Part shown: piece by piece, positions 1 to 8,410 of the stretch | How the letters are laid out: the number at the start of each line of letters is the position of its first letter | Position numbering within the stretch: position 1 is the stretch's first letter | IMG/VR virus record: IMGVR_UViG_3300037423_001090 | Location: 1-32,099 of that record | Reading direction: 5' to 3' (one strand) | DNA: 32,099 bases | Origin: a virus | Lineage: Duplodnaviria; Caudoviricetes | Translations under genes and position numbers: made by a program | The notes under the pieces: model-generated | The model's database searches: none | Seen by the model: only the letters and a program-made list of their open reading frames with translations | What the model was told of the DNA's origin: nothing

Positions 1-62
1 TTATTGGAGAACCCGGCCAACACGGCATCGGCGAAGGCTCGCTGTTTGCCTGTTAAAGCCAT
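1..62 (-). CDS. Terminase small subunit, N-terminus (runs off window)
   Basis: Manual translation from ATG at 62: MALTGKQRAFADAVLAGFSN..., GGAGG RBS upstream; typical TerS N-terminus, directly downstream of the packaging HNH gene. Not in the ORF track. Confidence 0.75.
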   Translation of the reverse strand, partial: MALTGKQRAFADAVLAGFSN

Positions 63-163
63 TAACAAATTCCTCCACGGGGAAAATAATCTGCGGATGA
101 GAGGGCATGCGGTGTCGGTCGAAGAAGAGTTCCGGAGTTTGCCCCCGCCCCTCCCTTTGGCCG

Positions 164-484
164 TCAGGTGCCGCGCGCACGCGCCGCCGCCTCCCGGGCG
201 GTCTTAGCATCATGACAAGGTTGGCACAGGAGTTCTTTATTGCTGTCTTCATCGCTTCCGCCCATCCAGAGCGGAGTCTTATGGTCGACAGCTACGCCCA
301 CGCTAACCCTGCCATTACGCTGACACTCTTGGCAGAGTCCGCAGTCGCGGGCACGGATCCGATTCCGGTCCTGTACGCCAGCCCAACCACGCTTACGCTC
401 GACTGTGTCGGGCCTGGGCGGATCGAAGGTGGCGAGGCGATTACCGGCTGTCGTGAGACGCGGCTTCAAGGTCTGTAGCTTCAT
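164..484 (-). CDS. HNH endonuclease, terminase-associated (HK97 gp74-like)
   Basis: CQEC...VDHKTPLWMGGSDEDSNKELLCQPCHDAKT HNH motif; position just upstream of TerS. Confidence 0.9.
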   Translation of the reverse strand: MKLQTLKPRLTTAGNRLATFDPPRPDTVERKRGWAGVQDRNRIRARDCGLCQECQRNGRVSVGVAVDHKTPLWMGGSDEDSNKELLCQPCHDAKTAREAAARARGT

Positions 485-490
485 TGGGGC

Positions 491-718
491 TCAGCGAGAG
501 ATGGTCTGCACAGCTAATGGCCGGCTGGTACCGGCCGAAATGCCATCGCCGGCCGGCGCTCGCGCATATTGCGTCGGCGCAGCCACGCCCACCTTCTCGG
601 GTATGCCAGATGTGAGCGCGGCAACGGTGGCAGCATGGTCATATGGCACAGTAGCCTTCAGCAGCACAACGCCAGGAGGAGCCGTGTAGCTTGGCTGTTT
701 GCGTTGATCGCTCATCAA
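491..718 (-). CDS. Small hypothetical phage protein
   Basis: 75-aa ORF overlapping the stop of the upstream gene and ending 6 nt before the HNH start. Confidence 0.5.
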   Translation of the reverse strand: MMSDQRKQPSYTAPPGVVLLKATVPYDHAATVAALTSGIPEKVGVAAPTQYARAPAGDGISAGTSRPLAVQTISR

Positions 719-1035
719 TGATCCTCACGAACGAACCACATCGTCCGGTCGATCTGCTCGCCGTTTGCGCAGGTAAGGCGGATCGTGCAGAAGTTGACCG
801 GGTTCGCGGAAATATCCAGGCCGCTAAGCTTGACTATTACGTCCGTACCGACGATGCGCGGGTTGGCTCCGGTGTTGTCAGTCGCTAGCGTCACACCGGA
901 TACGATGGCTACCGCCGACGCGCCCGTGGTTCCAGAATCAGCCAGATCCTTGGCAAAGCCGAACTTGTAGTACCGGATGTCATCCGGGTCTTTTAGGCAA
1001 ATCCACTTGCCACCAACGAATGTAGGGTCTGCCAT
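715..1035 (-). CDS. Putative phage fibre adaptor protein (KDPD-type, Ig-like)
   Basis: KDPDDIRYYKF...CTIRLTCANGEQIDRTMWF resembles small fibre/tail adaptor proteins; translationally coupled (TGATG) to the upstream ORF. Confidence 0.65.
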   Translation of the reverse strand: MADPTFVGGKWICLKDPDDIRYYKFGFAKDLADSGTTGASAVAIVSGVTLATDNTGANPRIVGTDVIVKLSGLDISANPVNFCTIRLTCANGEQIDRTMWFVREDH

Positions 1036-1214
1036 CAGAAGTTCACTCGGTTAGTTCCACCGCTGAAGTCGACACGGTTTGTGCCGCCATCGAAGTTGAC
1101 GGTCCGCGATGAGGGCACATCAACATACCCAGCAGGTTGAGTTGCTGGAGGAGCCGCCGGCGCAAGGTACGTACGGCCACCGACAAGCGCTTGGTGCAGG
1201 TAAATTTGTGCCAT
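1035..1214 (-). CDS. 59-aa hypothetical protein with V(N/D)FxGGTNRV repeat
   Basis: Manual translation MAQIYLHQALVGG...VNFDGGTNRVDFSGGTNRVNF; starts immediately after the stop of the 827-aa gene and its TGA overlaps the next ATG. Below the ORF-track cutoff. Confidence 0.7.
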   Translation of the reverse strand: MAQIYLHQALVGGRTYLAPAAPPATQPAGYVDVPSSRTVNFDGGTNRVDFSGGTNRVNF

Positions 1215-3698
1215 TTACGCCACCGTAGCGGATACGTCGAAGTTTCTGCCGTCCGCCATCTGCACGGAGACGCCGCACGCCCCGCCCGCAGCAAGCGTCG
1301 ACTGCATCGTGAACGTCAGAACCCCGCTCGCGTCTGTGGTCTGCGTTGAGGACTTATACACAGGCGCGCCGCGTAGGTCTGGCGTAGGCTGGTCGAATGC
1401 CGCGACCTTAAGCCCTGTCAGGTTTGCGAGAGCTCCAGTCGTGTCGCCGAGCGTCAGTGTTACCGTGCGTGCGGTCGTCACTCCCGCGGAATTCAGCGCC
1501 GAGCGAATCGCCGTCGCCGCCATTGGGCCGAGTCGGTTCATACTCACATTGCCGTACGGGTGTAGGCCATCCGCGCTGTCAGCCGTGATAAACCATCCCG
1601 TCGTATCCACGTATGTGACACGGCTCGGGGTCGTGCATGCTGCAATGCCTGCCTGCAGGTCGGTCGCGTGCGTTCCATTGAACGGGCGCAGAACGATGAT
1701 CTTCGTCGTGGCCGGCGTCGCGGACAGCAGCCCATTAAGCACGGTCGTGAGGGCCGTTGTCACGTCCCCCGAGTCGTTCGTCCCGTGCAAAATCGCAATG
1801 AAGTCCGGCACGGAGGCAAACGAACGGCTTACACCCGAATATAGGAGGTTGTAGCAGTCCACGAGGGCCGGGACGCCACCGCTGCCGGGATTAGTCAATC
1901 CTTGCGAACCGAACCCCACGATACCCACTTCAGCGCCGAGCAACTGCGCCGCTTGATACGCCCAGGCGATACGGGAGTTTGCCCGGTCCATGTCGTTGGT
2001 GTACGAGCCGTCCATCGTGCGGACGCCTTCGGTGATGCTGTCGCCGAAGAACAATGCACGCAATGGTTTGGCCGTCGCCTGCGTCAGCGTCGCGCCAGAG
2101 TCCAGAACGATACCCGTCAGTACAAGCGCCGTGGACTGAGGAGACCAGCGCGGACCTGCCAGATACGAACTCTTGAACACCACTTCCAGGACGTGGCCGC
2201 CCTTGTTGTTGAACATGGACGTCGTGCTCGGCACGGCGATGGTCACGCTTGCTGCGATATTTACGGTCGTCCAGCCGCCGACGCCATCTACGATGTAAGA
2301 AATCTGCGGGACCGGCGACACGATGTTCGTCATGTCGAATTGGAGCGTGCAGCTCGACCCCGTGAACAACGTCTTGAAGTACGCCCCCGGATTGATGGTC
2401 TTTGCGGTGTTCGCGTCCACATTCCAGTTGTACGGCGAGAACAGGACATTGCCGGTGCCATTGGTCAGCGCGTTGACGGTGGTTGCGCCGACGTTGTTTG
2501 TGACGGCGGACGGTCCAAAGCTTGCGGTCAGATTGCCGGCGGCATCTTGCAGGCGCGGATTCGCGCCGGGTTGCGTGTAGCTAACCGTGATCGTGTCGGT
2601 GGAGACGTACGCGCTATTTACCGTCAGCGTGAACGTCGCCCCGGACGGATTGCCCACGGCCGTAACGGTTTTGCCGCCGGATACCGTGAAAGCCGAGGTT
2701 GGCGGCGTGCTGGCGGCCAGTGTCTCGCTCATCGTCACGGTGATGACCGTTGGCGATGCGTTCGCCACGACCGCGCTCTGGAACGTCGGCGGCGTCGTGT
2801 CGGCGGCAGATGCCGTGTACGTGATGCTCGCCGGGTTCGTCAAACTTCCGTTGTTCGTAACCGCAATGGTGTACGTTCCTGCGGATGCCGCCGTCGCGGT
2901 GAATGTCGCCGTGGGGGACGCACTGCTGATCTGGACGCTCGTTGGCGTGAACGTGATGCCCGTGACCGGGGTCGGTGTAATCGTAACTGTGCCAGTGATC
3001 GCGCCGTTCGCGCCAATCGTGTACACCGACGATGCCGATCCAGCCGTGCCAGAAGTCGGACCAGTCATCGTGACAGCGGTTGCCGCCTGCACTACGCCGT
3101 CATCCAGGCTGAAGTCATCAACCGCAGTGCCAACCGAACCCGCGCCCGTACGGAAAAGGCCAACGTAACCGCTCGCAAATGACGATTCGGTGAACGACGC
3201 CGTAGCGGTAGTCGGCTTGACATCGGTGGATCGCCAAATGCGTATCTCGTGCGTGCTGCCCGATGAGATACATTCCACATTGATGATGTCGCCGACGGCG
3301 AACACCGTGGACATCGTGGCGCCAACCTGCGGTGCCGGGAAGGACCCGTTGGTGCGCGTGTAGAGCCGCGGCGTGAGCTTACCTGCGTTGTAGTTGAAGT
3401 CGATCAACCACACGTAACCGTTCAGGTAGCCCGAATCCATGCGCAGAATGGGCGAATAGTGGCCTGCGTTCGACAGCGCGGGCAGCTTCTGCGTAAACTG
3501 TACTTTCGTGTACGTCTGCGCCGCCACCCCGGTGTACAGCGCGGTATTTTGGTCGACAGCCGTTGTCGACCCGAACGACTGTGCGCCCGAGATCGGGTTG
3601 CTCGTGCCGACCGCCCAAGTTCCGGACTTGGCGACCCAGCCAGTGGCTATCTGACCAGATGTCTCGCTGTCGAAATTGCTGCTATAGATTACGGTCAT
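1215..3698 (-). CDS. Multidomain fibre-like protein: ConA-like lectin, Ig-like/SwmB repeat and SGNH/GDSL esterase
   Basis: SGNH blocks FFGDSITEG, GFGSQG, HGTND, DGLHP; SwmB-like segment DTTPPTFQSAVV...TVSYTQPGANPRLQDAAGN; Thr/Ser-rich beta linkers; no signal peptide evident. Confidence 0.8.
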   Translation of the reverse strand: MTVIYSSNFDSETSGQIATGWVAKSGTWAVGTSNPISGAQSFGSTTAVDQNTALYTGVAAQTYTKVQFTQKLPALSNAGHYSPILRMDSGYLNGYVWLIDFNYNAGKLTPRLYTRTNGSFPAPQVGATMSTVFAVGDIINVECISSGSTHEIRIWRSTDVKPTTATASFTESSFASGYVGLFRTGAGSVGTAVDDFSLDDGVVQAATAVTMTGPTSGTAGSASSVYTIGANGAITGTVTITPTPVTGITFTPTSVQISSASPTATFTATAASAGTYTIAVTNNGSLTNPASITYTASAADTTPPTFQSAVVANASPTVITVTMSETLAASTPPTSAFTVSGGKTVTAVGNPSGATFTLTVNSAYVSTDTITVSYTQPGANPRLQDAAGNLTASFGPSAVTNNVGATTVNALTNGTGNVLFSPYNWNVDANTAKTINPGAYFKTLFTGSSCTLQFDMTNIVSPVPQISYIVDGVGGWTTVNIAASVTIAVPSTTSMFNNKGGHVLEVVFKSSYLAGPRWSPQSTALVLTGIVLDSGATLTQATAKPLRALFFGDSITEGVRTMDGSYTNDMDRANSRIAWAYQAAQLLGAEVGIVGFGSQGLTNPGSGGVPALVDCYNLLYSGVSRSFASVPDFIAILHGTNDSGDVTTALTTVLNGLLSATPATTKIIVLRPFNGTHATDLQAGIAACTTPSRVTYVDTTGWFITADSADGLHPYGNVSMNRLGPMAATAIRSALNSAGVTTARTVTLTLGDTTGALANLTGLKVAAFDQPTPDLRGAPVYKSSTQTTDASGVLTFTMQSTLAAGGACGVSVQMADGRNFDVSATVA

Positions 3699-3707
3699 GA
3701 GTGGCCC

Positions 3708-3824
3708 TTACAGCGCGGTATCGCCAGTGATACGAAAGTTGGCGAAATCGACGATTGCGACACGCGACGAGTTACCAGCATCGCAGGACAGCCGGTGCTG
3801 AATGTCGGTTGAGGCGATAGCCAT
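3708..3824 (-). CDS. 38-aa ORF, possibly an internally deleted virion-protein remnant
   Basis: Manual translation MAIASTDIQHRLSCDAGNSSRVAIVDFANFRITGDTAL fills the gap between flanking genes. Confidence 0.4.
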   Translation of the reverse strand: MAIASTDIQHRLSCDAGNSSRVAIVDFANFRITGDTAL

Positions 3825-3834
3825 TCTGCTTTCA

Positions 3835-4194
3835 CTATTCAGCGAGCCGTGCGGCGATGAATGCCAACAGCTCGTTGTCGGACTTGCCGACTATGTCTTC
3901 GGGGATGATCGCTATGGATCCGCGCGGGCCTTGCACGACGACCACGAGCGCACCAGGCGCAGAGGCTTCGGCCCGGATATTTGCGAGCCACGCGACGGTT
4001 GTCGGCAGCAGCGCTGGTTTTGCAGGCGCAGGCCGCTGGTTGATGCCAAAGTCAACGATGCGCTCGACACATCGATCAAGGTACGCGCCGACGCGTTCGG
4101 GCGCGATTCGGCGACATGCGCGCACGAGTGCGATCGCCGGGCGCACCCACCAATCGATGGTGAGCAAGCCCGACTTGATCGCGACAGTCTTCAC
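3835..4194 (-). CDS. Hypothetical phage protein
   Basis: 119-aa ORF in operon orientation; GTG start overlaps the upstream TGA. Confidence 0.6.
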   Translation of the reverse strand: MKTVAIKSGLLTIDWWVRPAIALVRACRRIAPERVGAYLDRCVERIVDFGINQRPAPAKPALLPTTVAWLANIRAEASAPGALVVVVQGPRGSIAIIPEDIVGKSDNELLAFIAARLAE

Positions 4195-4507
4195 CGCGCA
4201 CTCCAGATGTCATGCACTTCGCCCAGATCTGGGTATCGCGCAGCGGATGCCCGCAGTCTTTGTGACTTGAACAGTTCGCGAAGCATGCCGCGCACGTTCT
4301 CGGGCAGGCTGCGCGCCAGCTCGACAAACGTCTGTCCGGCGGCGCCGTATCCCTTCGCACGCAGGATCATCTTGGCGTCCTCGCAGTCGACCAGGTGTGC
4401 GGCAATCTGATTCAGCCGCTCGATGTTCGCGACCCTCGATTCATTCGCCCTCTCCCCAGCACAGCGCGCAGGATCTCAGCGCGATAGACGTCTGCCGGAG
4501 TTTTCAT
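4191..4507 (-). pseudogene. Hypothetical gene with 1-nt frameshift in a G4 run
   Basis: MKTPADVYRAEILRAVLG continues as ERANESRVANIERLNQIAAHLVDCEDAK...DIWSAR* if one G is added at 4454-4457; the restored ORF is coupled to both neighbours. Confidence 0.6.
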
Positions 4508-4593
4508 GCCGCAGCCTTCATTGCGTTGCGGTTCTGCTGCAACTGGATGAGAACCATCACCCAGGCGCGCTCTGCTTCGACGGTCATGCGCAT
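4504..4593 (-). CDS. 29-aa hypothetical peptide
   Basis: MRMTVEAERAWVMVLIQLQQNRNAMKAAA; GAGG RBS; ATGA overlap with the next gene. Confidence 0.45.
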   Translation of the reverse strand: MRMTVEAERAWVMVLIQLQQNRNAMKAAA

Positions 4594-4608
4594 GGCGCAC
4601 CTCAGAAT

Positions 4609-4642
4609 AAAAAAACCGCCTTCGCATTACTGCGCCAGGCGG
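4609..4642 (-). terminator. Rho-independent terminator
   Basis: CCGCCT/AGGCGG stem followed by T7 on the minus strand. Confidence 0.7.
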
Positions 4643-4679
4643 CAAAGTCCAAGAGAGAGACTTGGAGGAGACTCGGTAC

Positions 4680-4955
4680 TTAGTCGGGCGCTTCCGTGAA
4701 AGTCACGTAATACTTCTTCCCGACGACAAGCTTGTCGTTGACGGCTTGGTTAAGAATGGAACCCTTGAACTCCGCATACGGAGTCCAGTGGCCGAACACG
4801 GCGTTTTCGGACGCTTGCTGTTTCTCGGTCGACCCTTCCCACACTGCGCCGAAATGAACCGACTGCCCAGGCATCTCCTCGTTTGTCGAGCTGTAGCCCT
4901 TCATCGGATTTTTGCTGTGCAGTTGGAGCTTGCAGACCATAACTTGTTCAGACAT
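4680..4955 (-). CDS. Conserved hypothetical phage protein
   Basis: MSEQVMVCKLQ...ENAVFGHWTPYAEFKGSILNQAV...GKKYYVTFTEAPD; AGGTGA RBS. Confidence 0.75.
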   Translation of the reverse strand: MSEQVMVCKLQLHSKNPMKGYSSTNEEMPGQSVHFGAVWEGSTEKQQASENAVFGHWTPYAEFKGSILNQAVNDKLVVGKKYYVTFTEAPD

Positions 4956-5031
4956 TTCGTCACCTATCAAAAGAGAGCACCCTTGCGGGCTGATATAGGG
5001 CGGTTGTCTTACGGTCTTGCGGCCCTGCTAA

Positions 5032-5200
5032 TTGTTTGTGGCGGCCGGTGCTGGCGTTCCGGCTCCGTGAATCGCTTGCTGCGCTCTCGGCCGTGAGCCT
5101 CTGTGCTAGCTGTGCTCATGGCGTCAACGAGCGCCGATACGCGAGTCCACGGGAAGTCGTATCGATCTACGCATCAGCTAATGCGCATGCACCACACAAC
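5032..5200 (-). ncRNA. Candidate structured RNA with tRNA-like architecture in the late leader
   Basis: Closing stem UGUGGUG(5196-5190)/CGCCACA(5043-5037); 5' hairpin UGCGCAU-uagcug-AUGCGUA; 3' hairpin GCCGG-aacgccagca-CCGGC; loops complementary (GCUG/CAGC). Confidence 0.45.
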
Positions 5201-5367
5201 TGCGCTCTGCTGGAGCCGTGCCCCGCCCGTCTAGAACAGGAGGCAAAGCGCATGTGTGTGGCCACCGGTTACGCCGGTGAGGCGCCGACGCCCGCATAAG
5301 GCAGCGTTCGCAGCATTCAACAGTCGGGTTTGAATCAGCGGGGCCGAGCCGCTGTGCGTCGGAAATG

Positions 5368-5397
5368 AAAAAGCCCGCGGACCTTTCGGTGCGGGCT
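5368..5397 (-). terminator. Rho-independent terminator (tR'-like, downstream of Q)
   Basis: AGCCCGC-ACCGAAAGGT-CC-GCGGGCT hairpin followed by a T run on the minus strand. Confidence 0.75.
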
Positions 5398-5556
5398 CGA
5401 TGTGCTCCAGGGCTATCTGCCAAGTGAGCGAGACAAATTACGGTTCGCGCAGGCGAGCGCCGGCTTTACTGCGGGCTGAGCACTCGACTGCCTCGGGTGA
5501 TGTTGGCGCCGTAGCGCGCATTACATGGTGCCGAGGGAACTGTATGGAACAGGAGT

Positions 5557-6009
5557 TTACGCCTGTTTTTTTTCTTGCGCAACAGCGATCTCAGCAGCGG
5601 CACGTGTAACAGCGCGGCGGGTGGAGGCATTCTTGTCGGCGCCCCACGACTCACTGATGACACGCTGCAGCGGAGCTACGGCCTGCGCCTCACGATAGGC
5701 TGTTGATTGAAGAACATCGATGTCCAAATCTGCCGCTAGTTCGAACGCATCGCTGCTGTGCCGGAGCGAGTTCCAGGCATAGATGATCTTCCCATCGGCG
5801 AAGTGCAGATTGACCCAGTCCTCGCCGTCGACAGGTTCTGCCTGCGCCCCGATCGCGCGTGCGGCCAGCGTCAACAACTCCAGATCGGCATCGGCGATGC
5901 CCTCGCCGCGAGGCCGCAGCGGGAATCCGCTAGCGTCGTCATCGTCGCTAGGCTCCCACTGGTCGCCAGTCCACTCGACCTTTTGGAATCTGTTTTCGTC
6001 CGTGCTCAT
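5557..6009 (-). CDS. Hypothetical protein, phage ABA-sandwich-like
   Basis: DLELLTLAARAIG...WNSLRHSSDAFELAADLDI...TRRAVTRAAAEI pattern; start MSTDENRF after GGGGGA. Confidence 0.65.
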   Translation of the reverse strand: MSTDENRFQKVEWTGDQWEPSDDDDASGFPLRPRGEGIADADLELLTLAARAIGAQAEPVDGEDWVNLHFADGKIIYAWNSLRHSSDAFELAADLDIDVLQSTAYREAQAVAPLQRVISESWGADKNASTRRAVTRAAAEIAVAQEKKQA

Positions 6010-6055
6010 CGTTCCCCCAAGTGCTATCGCTGCAATTCTACCGACAGCGGAGGAA

Positions 6056-6601
6056 CTACGCGGCACGGCGTAATTTGGAACCGGCGCGCGCTCCATGCGC
6101 CTGATACAACCCTTCCAATTCCGAGATCATGTCTTTGACCCGCTCCACTTCCATCGCGCCGCCGGCAATCGGTTCGCGGCCAGTACCGGCGCAGCACGTG
6201 CACGCACGGCCGGCGGCGATTTTGGTTCCGTGACACACCTCGCACTCACCCTGCAACCAGTGAGCCAGCGACACGCGCGCGATCTTCTCGTACATCCCGT
6301 GCGCTGCCTTGATGTCCCACTCGTTCTTGATTTTGAGCCACTGACGGGCCACGCCCTTTTGCGTGACCGCTTTTGTCCAGGCTCGCAGCAAGACAGCGAG
6401 GTTTTGATTGCCGGCCTCGAAGGTCTTGTGCTGGATGCCGTCGGCGTACTTCGCGCGCGCGAGGAGCGAACCCAGGACTTCGCCGGATCCTCCCGTCAGG
6501 TCAGCCAATGCAGCCGCGGCAAGCGCATCGGTTTGGTGATGCAGTTCGTCGTCCCTCAGGTCCGACGTGTTGAGCGATTGAAGGTACTTTTCGACGAACA
6601 T
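6056..6601 (-). CDS. Q-like late antitermination protein (zinc finger)
   Basis: CEVCHGTK...CTCCAGTG zinc finger; position at the end of the early operon before late genes; AAGGAG RBS before ATG 6601. Confidence 0.7.
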   Translation of the reverse strand: MFVEKYLQSLNTSDLRDDELHHQTDALAAAALADLTGGSGEVLGSLLARAKYADGIQHKTFEAGNQNLAVLLRAWTKAVTQKGVARQWLKIKNEWDIKAAHGMYEKIARVSLAHWLQGECEVCHGTKIAAGRACTCCAGTGREPIAGGAMEVERVKDMISELEGLYQAHGARAGSKLRRAA

Positions 6602-6749
6602 GGTTTGCTCCTTGGAATGACAGAGCAAGCGTATCACTCAGCAATAAACTATGAAGTTGTTCCGACATTTTCCAAATCGCAATGCAAAGACGTAAACTTC
6701 CGTTGGCAGCCGCAATTGCTCTACAATAAATTTTTTAGGCTAGGCAAAC

Positions 6750-7181
6750 ATGACAGATATCTTCCAGAAGATACTTGACGAGCGCGACAAGAAGTGGGAC
6801 CGCATAGACGCGGAGACTCTGCGTGCAGACTCACATACCACTGAGGGGCTCAAGGCTCTTCTTACCCTTCACGGAGGCGGTTGCGTGGCAATGCTAGGCT
6901 TTATGCAGGCGCTGCTAACGAAGGAGAAGACAGCTATTTTTACTGCGTACAAATACTATGGCGAGAATGCCCTTCTGTTTTTCGCTATTGGACTTGTTAT
7001 CGCAGCACTCATGCCAGCGGCTCGAGTGCTCGACGCACATCACTCGATCGCGAACCTTTTAGGCGCGAAGGGCCATCACTTGTGGGCCCGCGCTTCGTAT
7101 GTTCTATGGGGCTTGTCTTGGCTCGCATTTATTATTGGTCTCTTTTATGTCGGCAGGGGCATCGATCTCGCCCTCATCTAG
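6750..7181 (+). CDS. Small integral membrane protein (moron-like)
   Basis: About 3 hydrophobic segments; lower GC; opposite strand to the flanking operon. Confidence 0.75.
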   Translation: MTDIFQKILDERDKKWDRIDAETLRADSHTTEGLKALLTLHGGGCVAMLGFMQALLTKEKTAIFTAYKYYGENALLFFAIGLVIAALMPAARVLDAHHSIANLLGAKGHHLWARASYVLWGLSWLAFIIGLFYVGRGIDLALI

Positions 7182-7231
7182 CGAAAATGTGTCGATGCAC
7201 GCTCTTCTAGACATGAATCGCCACGAGTTTT

Positions 7232-8266
7232 CTAGACACTCGACAGCCGCTGAAAATACTGCTTTTCGTACTCGACCGGCGACAGGTCATTGCTGAAGCC
7301 GTGCCGCCGCTTCGGATTGTAGAACATCTCGATATAGTCGAAGACATCCTGCTTTGCTTCTTCACGGGTGCCATAGGTTTTGCGACGAATCCGTTCCCGC
7401 TTGAGCAACTGGAAGAAGCTCTCGGCAACGGCGTTATCGTGGCAGTTACCGCGCCGGCTCATGCTTTGCTGCAGATTGTGCGCGTCCAGAAAGTCGCGCC
7501 AATCGTAGCTACTGAATTGACTGCCTTGATCGGAATGCACCATCACCGTATTCTTGGGTTGCCTACGCCAGACGGCCATCAAGAGCGCGTTTATCGCGAG
7601 CTCGCGATCGATGCGCGAACTCATCGACCAACCGACCACCTGGCGCGAAAACAGGTCAAGTACCACGGCCAGATAGAGCCAGCCTTCGTACGTGCGGATA
7701 TAGGTAATATCCGTCACCCAAACTCGATTAGGTTCCTGCACGTCAAACTGGCGCTGCAAATGATTTGGCGCCACCAGCGAAGGGGCGCCGCCGCGTTTGT
7801 ACTTGCGCTTGGCGTAGCCGGTCTGCGAGCGGATTCCGGCCGATCGCATCAGGCGATGAACGCGATTGATACCGCATTGTTCACCCAGTTCGCGCAAGTC
7901 ATCGCTGACCTTGCGGTAACCGTACACGCTGCCGCTTTCCAGCCATGACTCCTTGATGGGAACCAGCAGCCGCCTGTCTTCTTTGGCGCGGCGGCTTTCG
8001 GGGTTCAGACGCCAGGCATAAAAACCACTGGGATGCACGCCGAGCACCTTGCACAGCCGCCGCACAGAGAATTGGTCCTGAAACTCAGCAATGAAGGTGT
8101 ACCTTACCCGGACGTCTTGGCAAAGTACACCGCGGCCTTTTTCAAGATGTCGCGCTCCTCCGTGACGCGCTTCAACTCGGCCTTCAGGCGCCGCATTTCC
8201 TCGGCCTGGGAATCCACCGCTTTGCGCTCCTCTTCGGGCACGCCGTAGCGCTTTGTCCAGGTGCAC
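7232..8266 (-). CDS. IS3 transposase OrfB (DDE/rve), probably expressed by -1 frameshift from OrfA
   Basis: WVTDITY, HSDQGSQF, DNAVAESFF catalytic motifs; A5G slippery site at 8137-8142. Confidence 0.95.
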   Translation of the reverse strand: MHLDKALRRARRGAQSGGFPGRGNAAPEGRVEARHGGARHLEKGRGVLCQDVRVRYTFIAEFQDQFSVRRLCKVLGVHPSGFYAWRLNPESRRAKEDRRLLVPIKESWLESGSVYGYRKVSDDLRELGEQCGINRVHRLMRSAGIRSQTGYAKRKYKRGGAPSLVAPNHLQRQFDVQEPNRVWVTDITYIRTYEGWLYLAVVLDLFSRQVVGWSMSSRIDRELAINALLMAVWRRQPKNTVMVHSDQGSQFSSYDWRDFLDAHNLQQSMSRRGNCHDNAVAESFFQLLKRERIRRKTYGTREEAKQDVFDYIEMFYNPKRRHGFSNDLSPVEYEKQYFQRLSSV

Positions 8267-8382
8267 AGGCTATGGATACTCACTCCCAGGCGCGCCGCGA
8301 CTTCGCTCGCCGGGTGACCGCGCTCCGCCACCTGCTTGACCGCCGCGATCTTGAATTCCTCTGTGTACCGCTTTCCGCTCAT
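8104..8382 (-). CDS. IS3 transposase OrfA (HTH)
   Basis: MSGKRYTEEFKIAAVKQV...ELKRVTEERDILKKAAVYFAK. Confidence 0.95.
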   Translation of the reverse strand: MSGKRYTEEFKIAAVKQVAERGHPASEVAARLGVSIHSLCTWTKRYGVPEEERKAVDSQAEEMRRLKAELKRVTEERDILKKAAVYFAKTSG

Positions 8383-8410
8383 ACCTTCTCCTTGTGCCCA
8401 ACATTATGGC

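Noticed and set aside
1309-3182. Long plus-strand ORFs (1309-1854, 1902-3182, 2587-3168)
   Set aside because: Antisense shadows of the 827-aa gene in GC-rich DNA; no motifs.
5300-5360. Canonical tRNA gene
   Set aside because: A GATTCAAAC T-loop-like word is present on the minus strand, but no consistent cloverleaf could be built.
5540-5552. CTGTATGGAACAG as a second LexA box
   Set aside because: Spacing is CTG-N7-CAG, not N10.
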